A DNA stretch of 64,000 nt from a virus (Duplodnaviria > Caudoviricetes). Of the stretch, positions 40,195 through 49,820 are shown piece after piece. The notes beneath the pieces were generated by a model. It searched no databases. It saw only the letters and a program-made list of their open reading frames with translations, and was not told where the DNA came from. Each line of letters opens with the position of its first letter. The first letter of the stretch is position 1. A program made the position numbers and the translations under genes. Location: IMG/VR virus record IMGVR_UViG_3300027971_000001. The stretch is one strand, 5' to 3'.

Positions 40195-40379
40195 GCTTTT
40201 TTAAAAAATCAGATAGTGAATATAAAGAATTTATAAAAAAATACAGTAACGCTTTTAGTGCTACCATTGAGGATGTGGATAGGGATGCTAAAGCCAGCAT
40301 CAAATCAAACTATTGTTTGAATAAAATATATGATCTTTTTTTGGATTTTATAATTGATTCAAAAAGAATACTAAAATAA
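40191..40379 (+). CDS. Hypothetical protein
   Basis: 62 aa; ATGA overlap. Confidence 0.4.
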   Translation: MSFFKKSDSEYKEFIKKYSNAFSATIEDVDRDAKASIKSNYCLNKIYDLFLDFIIDSKRILK

Positions 40380-40388
40380 CTTTATATA

Positions 40389-41453
40389 TTAAAGTTTAAT
40401 ATCTGCAAAATCGTCATCGCTCAGATCTGTTTTCCTGGCACCAACCTTGTAGCTGCTGATTTCTGTTTCTTGCGGGGCCACTTGAACCTTGCTGCTATCC
40501 ATATAACTATCCAACCAACCTGATAATGGATTTTCTTTTTGATTAAAAATCTTTTTATATCCTATAGAACGAAGACGATTATCACAAAGCCATTTGCTGT
40601 ATCCACTGATAACTTCAGCATTTAGACCCAGAAGATTTCCTTTACTGAAAAGATAATTTGCCCATTCCATTTCATTCTTTGCGGCCTGTTCATAGAATGC
40701 ATAAATTTTATCTTCACTCTTTTTAACAATACTTGTAAATCCTTCCTTTTCTTCATCCCTTAATATTTTAATAAGATTCTGGGTAACGCCGAAATGCAAA
40801 GCTTCGTCTCGTTGAATAAACTTTATGATTTTGGCATTACCTTCCATTTTTCCCCTGTACCCAAAATAAAAGCTACAAGCAAAGCTCACATAGAATACCA
40901 AACCTTCCATCACATTAACTGAAAGAATACAATCAAATATTTTTTGTTTATTATCTTTTTTATCATCATCACCAAGAATTTTATCAAAATTATTCCGGAT
41001 CAATTCAGCCCGGGATACAATTTCCTTATCTTCCATGATGCTGTCAAAGAATTCAGTTGGATCTGGATATACATTATTGAGCAAATAACTGTAGCTATAA
41101 CTGTGTATTCCTTCAAACTGCGCCCATGTGTTCATGCATATTTCCAATTCAGGATTACTGACATATTCCTTTAATGAATGGATACTTCTGGAAAGCATGC
41201 TGTCTCCTAGTGTTTGAAATCTTAGATTGCTATCAAAAACAAAACGTTCTGTGTCTGTCAAATCCTTGTAATCGCTACGATCCTTGGCCAATGTGATTTC
41301 ATGTGGCCACCAAAAGTTTTCATTTTGCTTTTTAAACAATTCGAAAAATATGGGATATTTGAAACGATCATATCTTTGCAAATTCAGATCTTCACCAAGA
41401 AACAAAGGTTGCTTGGTGGTATCTACATTTTTAAGATTAAGAACGCTTTTCAT
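40389..41453 (-). CDS. nrdB: Ribonucleotide reductase class Ia beta subunit
   Basis: FWWPHEI, QTLGDS, EGIHSYSY, EGLVFYVSF, RDEALH, VAPQETEI. Confidence 0.97.
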   Translation of the reverse strand: MKSVLNLKNVDTTKQPLFLGEDLNLQRYDRFKYPIFFELFKKQNENFWWPHEITLAKDRSDYKDLTDTERFVFDSNLRFQTLGDSMLSRSIHSLKEYVSNPELEICMNTWAQFEGIHSYSYSYLLNNVYPDPTEFFDSIMEDKEIVSRAELIRNNFDKILGDDDKKDNKQKIFDCILSVNVMEGLVFYVSFACSFYFGYRGKMEGNAKIIKFIQRDEALHFGVTQNLIKILRDEEKEGFTSIVKKSEDKIYAFYEQAAKNEMEWANYLFSKGNLLGLNAEVISGYSKWLCDNRLRSIGYKKIFNQKENPLSGWLDSYMDSSKVQVAPQETEISSYKVGARKTDLSDDDFADIKL

Positions 41454-41476
41454 TGGTTTTATTTATATCAGCAGGA

Positions 41477-43750
41477 TCATAATTTGCAAGCACCACTGCT
41501 ACAATCCCGGTCTTCTTTTTGATTCATCAACTGTTCTTTATCTCCGTCATCTGTATTGTTATAATAAAGACTGATTAACCCAAGACTGTAAGCATACATG
41601 ATTTCCTTCATGACTATTGCATCAGGAAGAACATTATTTTCATAATGGCTGTAATTGTAATAAACATTGGTGCTTATGGCCATGTCTATGTATTTTTGAA
41701 TAATTGCATTAATGTTAAGCAAACCTTTATTGCTCCTAAGATCATAAGCCAGTTGATAATTCTTTTCATATTTTCCTATTCCAGGAACAAGCACAGGCAG
41801 TTTTCCCATTTTGCTCATTTTATATGTGATTAATGAACGAATAGGTTCAACACCATTTGTGCTGGATTGTATCACGCTACTACTTTCACACGGCATGCAA
41901 CTGCTGAGTGTACTGTGACGCAACCCGTATTTTTCTATGTCTTTTCGCAAACGATCCCAATCACATGAAAGCTTACGCTTAGTCAAACTTTTAATGCTGT
42001 CTTTGAATGTATCAATTGGCAATATTCCTTTGCTGTATTTTGTGTGATTAAACTTTTCACAAGAACCACGTTCTTCTGCCAGCTTGTTGCTGCTTTTCAA
42101 AAGATAATATTGGAAATATTCCATCCATTCATCCAACAAAGGAATGGCTTTTTCATCATCATAATTCACTTCATGCTTTGCCAGAAATGCAGCAAGATTG
42201 GTGATTCCAATACCAAGACTCCGGCGTTTGTGTGCAAAGTTCTTGGCAGCAACATTGAAGTAATCCTGCAAATCAATGATCTCCTCTAAAAATCTGACAG
42301 TCAAATCACAAACCCTTTCCAGTTCATTCCAGTTTTTTATTTCCAGCATGTTAATGGCACTGAGAATACACATGCCTATTTCAGCTTCAGGATCATGATA
42401 ATCCCGCATAGGAATGGTGGGATGAATGACTTCTGTACAAAGATTGCTCATGGTGATCTTGTCCAGCCATGCACCATGTTCATTTGCATTATCCACATTT
42501 AAAATATAAATTCTTCCTGTTTCCACTCGTTCTTTTATAATCGTACCAAAAAGCTTTCTGGCATTGATCTTCTTTTTTATCTTTAAACGACGACTTTCAC
42601 ATTCCTTGTAAACTTTATCAAAACTGTCCGTTCCCCAAGCTTCAAAAAGTTCAGGTACTTCATGCGGACTGAAAAGTGTCACATCCTCATTGTTGCGTAC
42701 CCTTTCATAAAACATTTTGCTCATTCCTACTGTATAATCCAGTTTGCGAACACGATTGTCATCTGTTCCTGCATTGTTTTTCAAAACAACAATATCTTCA
42801 ATCTCATAATGCCACCATTGAATGTTGCATGTGGCACTTCCTCCCCGAAGACCGTTTTGTTGCCATGCCTTCACACTAGCTTCATATATCTTCAAAAATG
42901 GAATAAGACCGGTATGAACCACTTCACCATTCTTCACAGCTGAACCTGCTGCACGAATGCGACTCACATCAATTCCAATACCACAACGATTAGCAGTGGC
43001 CATGCTGACGGCAGTGGCACTGCTGGTTATGCTATCCTTGGTGTCATCCACACCTATGAGACAGCAACTGGCATAATTGCGACTGGTGGTTCGAACACCA
43101 GCCATGACTGGAGTAGGCAAATTGATTTTGTGCTTGCTGATTGCATTATAAAATCTTCGAACATATTCCATTCGGGTTTCTTCTGGATAATTCATAAATG
43201 CTGTCATGCTGATCAGCATATAAGCAAACTGGGGAGTTTCGTGAATTTCTCCACTCACCCGATCTTTGATCAGATATTTGTCACAAAGCTGTTTGATGCC
43301 AGCATACGTGAAAAGATAATCCCGATCATGATCGATATCTTCTCCGATTTTGTTGATTTCAATATCACTATATTTTTCCAGAATGACCGGATCATAAATT
43401 TTCTTTTTTACACCGACATGCATAAAATCCTTCAAACGGGGTGGATGTTTTCCTCCCCAAACATCTTTTCGAAGTTGATAATTTAGCAAACGTCCTGCCA
43501 CAAACTGATAATTTGGATGTTCAACGCTGATAAGATTAGCAGCACTTTCGATGATCAATTTGTGAATTTCCTCGGTACTGATGCCATCATGAAAGTTTAT
43601 ATTTGCATTGATTTCAATATCGCTGGGACTGACACCTGTATAACCATTGATTGCCCATTCAATTACCTTGGTGATTTTGGTCAGGTCAAATTTTTCCGAC
43701 TTGCCGTTTCTTTTCTTTACGAGAATTTGTTTCATGGATAGAGTAGTCAT
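41477..43750 (-). CDS. nrdA: Ribonucleotide reductase class Ia alpha subunit with an ATP cone
   Basis: VKKRNG ATP cone, PTPVMAG, SCCL, SNLCTE, MPCESSS, ISLYY. Confidence 0.97.
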   Translation of the reverse strand: MTTLSMKQILVKKRNGKSEKFDLTKITKVIEWAINGYTGVSPSDIEINANINFHDGISTEEIHKLIIESAANLISVEHPNYQFVAGRLLNYQLRKDVWGGKHPPRLKDFMHVGVKKKIYDPVILEKYSDIEINKIGEDIDHDRDYLFTYAGIKQLCDKYLIKDRVSGEIHETPQFAYMLISMTAFMNYPEETRMEYVRRFYNAISKHKINLPTPVMAGVRTTSRNYASCCLIGVDDTKDSITSSATAVSMATANRCGIGIDVSRIRAAGSAVKNGEVVHTGLIPFLKIYEASVKAWQQNGLRGGSATCNIQWWHYEIEDIVVLKNNAGTDDNRVRKLDYTVGMSKMFYERVRNNEDVTLFSPHEVPELFEAWGTDSFDKVYKECESRRLKIKKKINARKLFGTIIKERVETGRIYILNVDNANEHGAWLDKITMSNLCTEVIHPTIPMRDYHDPEAEIGMCILSAINMLEIKNWNELERVCDLTVRFLEEIIDLQDYFNVAAKNFAHKRRSLGIGITNLAAFLAKHEVNYDDEKAIPLLDEWMEYFQYYLLKSSNKLAEERGSCEKFNHTKYSKGILPIDTFKDSIKSLTKRKLSCDWDRLRKDIEKYGLRHSTLSSCMPCESSSVIQSSTNGVEPIRSLITYKMSKMGKLPVLVPGIGKYEKNYQLAYDLRSNKGLLNINAIIQKYIDMAISTNVYYNYSHYENNVLPDAIVMKEIMYAYSLGLISLYYNNTDDGDKEQLMNQKEDRDCSSGACKL

Positions 43751-43965
43751 TTAGTTGTACCACACAATTCGTCAAATCAATATTTTTTCTTTTGATTCGA
43801 AAGAATTTTTTTCGATACATTTTTATTTAGAGTTGAACACGTAAAAATTTTTTTTGTGATGGTAAAAAAGTAAATACAACTGTTGACACACCATCAACAA
43901 CATATACAATTCGATAATCATGATAAAAAAAACTTTCAACAACGATATAAAGGAGTAACCTAAAA

Positions 43966-44148
43966 ATGAAACATATAGAACAAATAAAAGACGAATATGG
44001 AAATCTTATGCAGTTATGGGGTATATATGAACAAACCCAGCAGGTGCTTTTGGAAGAGGGAAAACGTATCAATATTAAAAAGAAATTGCTGGTTACATTT
44101 GAATCACTGGCAGCTGCAAATCATTTTTTGAAAAAACATGAATCCTAA
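43966..44148 (+). CDS. Hypothetical protein
   Basis: AAGGAG Shine-Dalgarno; TTGACA-16-TACAAT upstream. Confidence 0.55.
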   Translation: MKHIEQIKDEYGNLMQLWGIYEQTQQVLLEEGKRINIKKKLLVTFESLAAANHFLKKHES

Positions 44149-44242
44149 ATTGTTTGAATACTTTATTGTAATATTGGGTGTTATTGCAAATATTGTGCTG
44201 ATTGTTAATGCTCTGCATCATTGGTAAATTGTAAATAATTGG

Positions 44243-44989
44243 GTGACATTTGCTTTTTACAAAAAACTATTGTTGGGCGAGGAAGGTGGCTTTCAACAGC
44301 AATATCTAGGTAAATTGCTGGAACCAGGAGAAACCAGCCGAAATCATCGTTTGATTTATGCAACAAAGCTGGCATTGAGAGGTCGTCCTGTGCCTCAACA
44401 AATTCAGGACGTTATATTATCCTCTCCTTTTGAAAGTACTGTTTTTGCATATAATTTGAAAATGAATGATGTGGAACCAGAAGAAAAATATCTAAAGGTT
44501 ATTGCCCTTCAACCATCCAAATCCGAGCAATATGCCAAATTGGTGGTGGATAAAGGAGATAAAGTACCAGAAGTTATTTTGCAAAGCATAAGCAATGATC
44601 CAAAAACTTCAGAACGTTTTGCAAGTCATTTGAGCATGAGCAATGTAAGCCAGTATCATAAAAATGTGGATGGAAAAGAGGTGAGCATACGCAGGGCCAA
44701 AGCAGTGCCTATTCCTGAAATCATATTGAATGGAATAGCAGGTGATCCAGAAGTGGCATATGGATTTTTATATTATATTATAAAATACGACAAAAAGAAA
44801 GCTCCAGAAATTTTGATAAAAGGATTGGCAACTCGCCCTGATTTGGCAATCGATTTGGAAAAGCATTACCGCAATTTAAATTTAAGTGCACCAGACAGTT
44901 TGCATCAAATCATTAGCACCAGCAAACAATTGCAAAATGCTGTTGCAAACAAAAAGAAACGGGGAGGAAAGGGCGGGGCATTTTTGTGA
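44243..44989 (+). CDS. Helical repeat protein (paralogue of 38341)
   Basis: VPEVILQSISNDP, IPEIILNGIAGDP; TAAATA 5 nt before the GTG. Confidence 0.7.
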   Translation: MTFAFYKKLLLGEEGGFQQQYLGKLLEPGETSRNHRLIYATKLALRGRPVPQQIQDVILSSPFESTVFAYNLKMNDVEPEEKYLKVIALQPSKSEQYAKLVVDKGDKVPEVILQSISNDPKTSERFASHLSMSNVSQYHKNVDGKEVSIRRAKAVPIPEIILNGIAGDPEVAYGFLYYIIKYDKKKAPEILIKGLATRPDLAIDLEKHYRNLNLSAPDSLHQIISTSKQLQNAVANKKKRGGKGGAFL

Positions 44990-45723
44990 AAACCTACCGG
45001 TTCTTTATTGAGGACGTAAAGCAGAATTTATATGATCAAATAAAAAAGAATCCGTATTATGCAAGAAAATTGCTGGAAAAGCTTTGGCTGAACAAACGGC
45101 CCATACCAGATGATTTGTGGAATGTGATGTTGGAAGATCCATTATACATTCATCCAATTTTGGAACAAATGATTGCATATGCTGATTGGCAGATGTTGAA
45201 TCATCCTATTATTAAAAGAATAGTAAAAGAAAATGAAAATATGGCCTATGAGCTGTTTGAATTTTTGGTTCATCATCATATGGAGAAATTAAAGCAATTA
45301 ACAAAAGATAAAAATCCATTTTTATATTCATTATACAAAGGCATCAGCAACGATTCGGCATTATCTAAAAAATTGATGCAATATCATTCTTTGAATGTTC
45401 CAGAGATTCCTGGCATTATACTAAAATCAATCAATCAAGAAATGGCCACAGCATATAGTTATGCCCAAGATCGTTTGGACAATGGCAAGAAAGTTCCAGA
45501 GTCCACATTAAAAAAATTAACAGAAAGCATTGTTTACAGCATTCAGATTGCTTTGATTTATTTGAAAAAGGAATATCGAGTGGTTCCGGAAATAATTTTG
45601 CAAGCAATAGCCAATCATAAACAGGGCACCATGTCATTTTATAGAGATTTGATAGAAAAAAAGATACCTGTTCCTCGTATCATTATTGATGCTGTGGACA
45701 AATGGGGCGGTCCGGATTTTTAA
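44986..45723 (+). CDS. Helical repeat protein (paralogue of 38341)
   Basis: IPGIILKSI, VPEIILQAIA, VPRIIIDAV. Confidence 0.7.
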   Translation: MKTYRFFIEDVKQNLYDQIKKNPYYARKLLEKLWLNKRPIPDDLWNVMLEDPLYIHPILEQMIAYADWQMLNHPIIKRIVKENENMAYELFEFLVHHHMEKLKQLTKDKNPFLYSLYKGISNDSALSKKLMQYHSLNVPEIPGIILKSINQEMATAYSYAQDRLDNGKKVPESTLKKLTESIVYSIQIALIYLKKEYRVVPEIILQAIANHKQGTMSFYRDLIEKKIPVPRIIIDAVDKWGGPDF

Positions 45724-45762
45724 AAGATATTGTAAAAACGTTTTAGAGTGTAAAATAAAACT

Positions 45763-46245
45763 GTGAAGATTGGTTTTAATTGCAGCAGCTTTGATCTTTT
45801 GCATGCAGGTCATGTGACCATGCTGAAAATGGAAAAACAAATGTGCGATCATCTCATATCTGCACTGCAAGTGGATCCCACCATTGATCGGCCTGGAATA
45901 AAAAACAAACCGGTGCAAAGCATTTATGAAAGGTATGTGCAACTGCAAGCTTGCAAATATGTGGATGAGATATTGGTATATGATACTGAATATGATCTGC
46001 TGCAAATGCTCATGACACAGAAAATAAACATTCGATTTCTTAGCGAGGAATACAAAGATCGAGACTTTACTGGCAAACAATATTGCATGCAAAATGGCAT
46101 TGAGCTTTATTATCACAAACGAAGACATGATTATAGCAGCAGCGATCTGAGAAAAAGAGTATCCTCGCTGGAAAGTAAAAAAGGCGAAAGCAACATTGTG
46201 TTGCCTCAATATTCACCAGAACTGATTAAAACGCCCAGCGAATGA
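45763..46245 (+). CDS. Cytidylyltransferase (TagD/RfaE-like)
   Basis: FDLLHAGH (HxGH) and YSSSDLR (SSS-R) motifs. Confidence 0.88.
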   Translation: MKIGFNCSSFDLLHAGHVTMLKMEKQMCDHLISALQVDPTIDRPGIKNKPVQSIYERYVQLQACKYVDEILVYDTEYDLLQMLMTQKINIRFLSEEYKDRDFTGKQYCMQNGIELYYHKRRHDYSSSDLRKRVSSLESKKGESNIVLPQYSPELIKTPSE

Positions 46246-46619
46246 GCCGACCCGATCATGCTTTAACTGACCGGGCCAGCAGCAGTTATATAGCAGAACT
46301 TGGTGCGCCCAAGTTGGAATTGGAAAATGTGCATCAATTTAAAAATGATGCAAAAAATAACCTGAACAACAAAATCAAAGCCCGGTTGGGCGATCTGCAA
46401 AAAGAATATAATGAACTGGAGGAACTGTATCATTTCAATGTGATGGTGGATGGTTTTGAACATAATTTCATACCAGTATCTGGTCATGTTTATTTTTTAT
46501 ATGATCATGCGGGTCATAAATTCATGAGCCTTATTGAACCGGAAAATTTCCTGCTTTGTCGGGAAAGTTTTGTGGGCAAATGCAGATACAACGGATTGGG
46601 ATTTTTTGAAAAATGGTAA
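46242..46619 (+). CDS. DUF2452-like protein
   Basis: F.PVSGHVYFLY...FMSLIEP pattern. Confidence 0.55.
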   Translation: MSRPDHALTDRASSSYIAELGAPKLELENVHQFKNDAKNNLNNKIKARLGDLQKEYNELEELYHFNVMVDGFEHNFIPVSGHVYFLYDHAGHKFMSLIEPENFLLCRESFVGKCRYNGLGFFEKW

Positions 46620-46694
46620 TAGAGATTTCTGACAAATTGGTTAATATAATATGAAAAAATGGTTTTACATTGCCTTTAAAGCTTTTGTGAATGA

Positions 46695-47054
46695 TTGCAG
46701 CATTGGATTAACACTAATTATTATTGGCTTTATTGCCGGAGTATGTTACATAAACTTGTTTCATTTTTTACAAAATATTTTCAGAATGATGAAGTAAAAA
46801 GCGGTCCAAACAGCCTAGAGGAGCTGCTGACCCAATTTGATCAACCAATCATACCTAAAACAAAGGAACAAAACATACAGCATTATATTATATTGCAAAA
46901 AATGATAAAACTGGAAGGCGAATATCAACACAGCCTTCCTGAAGAGCTTTATGTTGGCATATACAAGGTGGAGGATGCAGAAAAGGTAAGAATAGCCCTT
47001 GTGCCATGCCTGACGCGTCCTGGTGTGTTATACGAATGTTTTAACCATAATTAA
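46695..47054 (+). CDS. Hypothetical protein
   Basis: ORF in a plus-strand run; start uncertain. Confidence 0.4.
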   Translation: MQHWINTNYYWLYCRSMLHKLVSFFTKYFQNDEVKSGPNSLEELLTQFDQPIIPKTKEQNIQHYIILQKMIKLEGEYQHSLPEELYVGIYKVEDAEKVRIALVPCLTRPGVLYECFNHN

Positions 47055-47097
47055 AAAGCTTATTGAATAAGCAACCGTTTAATATAATATAGGGATT

Positions 47098-47673
47098 GTG
47101 AAAGTATTGCAAAGAAGGTTCAGTGTGGATGATTTGAAAAATCTTTTTAAACCAGATTTTAGTAACGGCATATTATATTGTAAAAAAACCGGAAGGGCTA
47201 TATTAAACAAGCCTAACAAAGACGGTTATCTAAGAGTAGGAATTAAAGATGGCAAGAATGGAAAGTATAAACCTTATTATATTCATGACATTATTTTTTA
47301 CATGAAATACGGTTGGTTGCCTGAAGAGATAGATCATGTTAATCACGTTAAAAATGATAACCGGGATGTTAATCTGCAACCCAGTGACCACATCCTGCAA
47401 CAAGTAAACATGCCTAAAAAAAGTGAAACTAGCAGCATATACAAAGGAGTTTGTTATTATGCGCATAAAAAAAGCAAAAAATGGAGGGCCAGTCTTCAAC
47501 ACAAAGGAAAACATCTGAGTTTTGGTTATTATGAATCAGAGGAACAGGCAGCCCGTGCATATGACAAAGCAGCTTTTGATTTATGGGGAGAATATAGTCG
47601 CCAACATCTTAATTTTCCAAATGATATTAACAATAATATGGTGCAACAGTTATTGAATCTGGAACTTGCTTAA
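47098..47673 (+). CDS. HNH-AP2 homing endonuclease
   Basis: EIDHVNHVKNDNRDVNL; SSIYKGV...KWRA...G.YESEEQAARAYD (AP2). Confidence 0.88.
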   Translation: MKVLQRRFSVDDLKNLFKPDFSNGILYCKKTGRAILNKPNKDGYLRVGIKDGKNGKYKPYYIHDIIFYMKYGWLPEEIDHVNHVKNDNRDVNLQPSDHILQQVNMPKKSETSSIYKGVCYYAHKKSKKWRASLQHKGKHLSFGYYESEEQAARAYDKAAFDLWGEYSRQHLNFPNDINNNMVQQLLNLELA

Positions 47674-47685
47674 TATTTTGAAAAG

Positions 47686-47926
47686 AATAAACAAACAAAA
47701 AGGAGACATATGAAAGTAGAAGTAAATGGAAAATATACATATGAAACTGATCTGTCTGTTAATATAGGAGATAAAGTAGAATACCCTACAGTATCATGGT
47801 TAAGGGATGTTATGGGACCAACTCAGATAGGAGAAGTAACAAGCTTGCAAAGTGATTATTCTGGATATTGTGTAAAAATTATAAGGAAAATATAAAAAAT
47901 AAACAAACAAAAAGGAGACATATGAA
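47686..47926 (+). repeat. 29-bp exact direct repeat of a translation initiation region
   Basis: AATAAACAAACAAAAAGGAGACATATGAA at 47686-47714 and 47898-47926. Confidence 0.95.
47710..47895 (+). CDS. Hypothetical protein
   Basis: AGGAG Shine-Dalgarno within repeat copy 1. Confidence 0.6.
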   Translation: MKVEVNGKYTYETDLSVNIGDKVEYPTVSWLRDVMGPTQIGEVTSLQSDYSGYCVKIIRKI

Positions 47927-48245
47927 CGTAAATGCCATATCAAAACCAAAATATATAATGTACTTGCTTGAAAAAGGAATTCTGAAAATCTCAGAACATG
48001 GGGAATGCTGGGATGTTGATTATGGCAAAAAAGAACTTGCTTTTATTGAAAGCGGTTATCCTTTTGAAAAGGGCATAACCTTTGAACAGGCATTGGGTAC
48101 AGAAGCAAGATTTTTGGGATTTAGAAATGAATTCGGCGGAGGTGTTAAAGATCCGACCCTTTTTGAACAGGTAAAAGACATGGCAGATTGGAAACGTTAT
48201 CTTTCATTAAGTCAAATAAGATATGCTGTATGGGGCCGCCCATAA
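47922..48245 (+). CDS. Hypothetical protein
   Basis: Start refined to ATG 47922 within repeat copy 2. Confidence 0.6.
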   Translation: MNVNAISKPKYIMYLLEKGILKISEHGECWDVDYGKKELAFIESGYPFEKGITFEQALGTEARFLGFRNEFGGGVKDPTLFEQVKDMADWKRYLSLSQIRYAVWGRP

Positions 48246-48619
48246 GGAAGATATAAATATATTACACAATTATGAAATTTGATCAGCTAGTACATTTATA
48301 TGAAAAATGGAGCAAAAAATATAAAAAGAGTATAAATTGTAAAAATCCCAAAGGTTTCAGTCAACGGGCACATTGTCGGGGTCGAAAAAAGAGAAAAAAA
48401 TAATAAAAAAATTATAAAAAAAAATTTTAAAAAATTGTGGGCATGCGCCCCGGGTTTTAAAAAAAATCGGTTTTTGCATATTAGCGATTCTAATGCCACC
48501 CCCTGCAAAACAAGCCCCCTAATATAAAACAACCACCCTTTATAGAAGTGACCCCATTTTATATAACGACCCCTTTTGTTATTAACGACCCCATAATGTA
48601 AAAGACTTTATATAATAAA

Positions 48620-48653
48620 AGAAAAGGGCGGGGATGATTAGTCCCCGCCCCTT
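48620..48653 (-). terminator. Intrinsic terminator for the DUF932 gene
   Basis: GGGCGGGGA / TCCCCGCCC stem followed by TTTTCTTTT on the minus strand. Confidence 0.85.
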
Positions 48654-48675
48654 CCTGAACCTTTCCTGAACCCTT

Positions 48676-49668
48676 TTAGTTCAGTAGCATCTCTCCAAAC
48701 TCCATTGCCCGCCTATTCAGTTCAGCATCCCGTCCTTCAAGAATGCTGGTCAGGCGCAGGGTAGGATCATCCTTCTCACCTTTGATGGTGCGATGATGAG
48801 TGGTGTACTCTGTCACGGCATTATAGTTTGCCCAGAGTGTGCCCCGAATGGCACTATCCACTCCCCGACCATGAAGGGCGAGACCGCGAAGAGTATCCAG
48901 TTCGTTGATGCTCCTTGTGGAACGATCATCCGACTTGATCTCGTGGATATTGAGCACCCGCTCAAAATACTCCACGCCCTGCCTTTCACTCATTTTGGTA
49001 AGAAGCATGCGATCAAAGATGCGTTTCAGCACCTGCTGATTCAAACGCGCTTCACTGATCACTTCAGCAACGGCATCCAGTTTGCCTTCCACATTGCCAG
49101 AGTGACGAATCTTGTGATCCCGCTTGCCAGTTTCACCCATGGCCGCCGCCCAAGTGTTGGCACATACCACGCGGGTATTGATGCTTTTCACTTGCAGGTG
49201 GCTTTTACCATTGTGGCTGTTGAACAAACCAAGGTAGGTTTCAATCTTGTCACCTTGACCAATGGTGTAACCCAGTTCATCCAATCGGGCCAGCAACCAT
49301 ACCCGTTCACCCCGACCCAGCACTCCTGCTGTTTCGTAGGTTGCTTCACCCTCTTCGACCAGCTTGTCAAAGAAGTCAAGGGCATGACGGTTCTGAAGAA
49401 TGCTGTACCGTTCACCAACAATGCCAAGCGGTTCACCAGTGTCAGTCCGCACCGTGCTGTAAGCATCTGGTACCCGCACCATCTGCTCACCCACCCGTGC
49501 AAACACGGGCATTTTCTCGACCACAAAGTCGAGACCACCATCCACCAACGCCTGCAGTGCTGTCACTGCACCTTCCACCACCTTGCCTAACCGATGCCAA
49601 GGGGTAATGCCCTTGCCACTGATCATGCTGGCAGTGCCGTCTTTTCGTATGCATAGGTTATGTGCCAT
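48676..49668 (-). CDS. DUF932 family phage/plasmid protein
   Basis: TPWHRLG, LGIVGERYSILQN, YETAGVLGRGERVW, NSHNG, RVVCANT, GTLWANYNAVTEY; AGGAG Shine-Dalgarno. Confidence 0.88.
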   Translation of the reverse strand: MAHNLCIRKDGTASMISGKGITPWHRLGKVVEGAVTALQALVDGGLDFVVEKMPVFARVGEQMVRVPDAYSTVRTDTGEPLGIVGERYSILQNRHALDFFDKLVEEGEATYETAGVLGRGERVWLLARLDELGYTIGQGDKIETYLGLFNSHNGKSHLQVKSINTRVVCANTWAAAMGETGKRDHKIRHSGNVEGKLDAVAEVISEARLNQQVLKRIFDRMLLTKMSERQGVEYFERVLNIHEIKSDDRSTRSINELDTLRGLALHGRGVDSAIRGTLWANYNAVTEYTTHHRTIKGEKDDPTLRLTSILEGRDAELNRRAMEFGEMLLN

Positions 49669-49820
49669 AACTATCTCCTTTTATGAATTTTGGAAACAAT
49701 GTCCACCAAGTTTCCAAGAGGAAACCACTAGCGTCCAGTTGCCTATTCCAATCTTCATGAATCTATATGAGCAGAAAACTAGCCAAGTGTCCAGCTTTAT
49801 TTTGCATAAATTATCCAGCT

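Noticed and set aside
40389-43750. Introns or inteins in nrdA, nrdB or terminase
   Set aside because: Protein lengths (757, 354, 554 aa) are normal, motifs are contiguous, and no intein C/HN signatures were seen.
48296-48532. 78-aa hydrophobic minus-strand ORF
   Set aside because: It arises from A-tracts (Phe/Ile-rich by composition), has no start signal and lies behind a terminator.
48793-49590. 265-aa plus-strand ORF, and similar antisense ORFs such as 5826-6437 and 10104-12349
   Set aside because: These are shadow frames of well-supported opposite-strand genes, with no motifs or expression signals.
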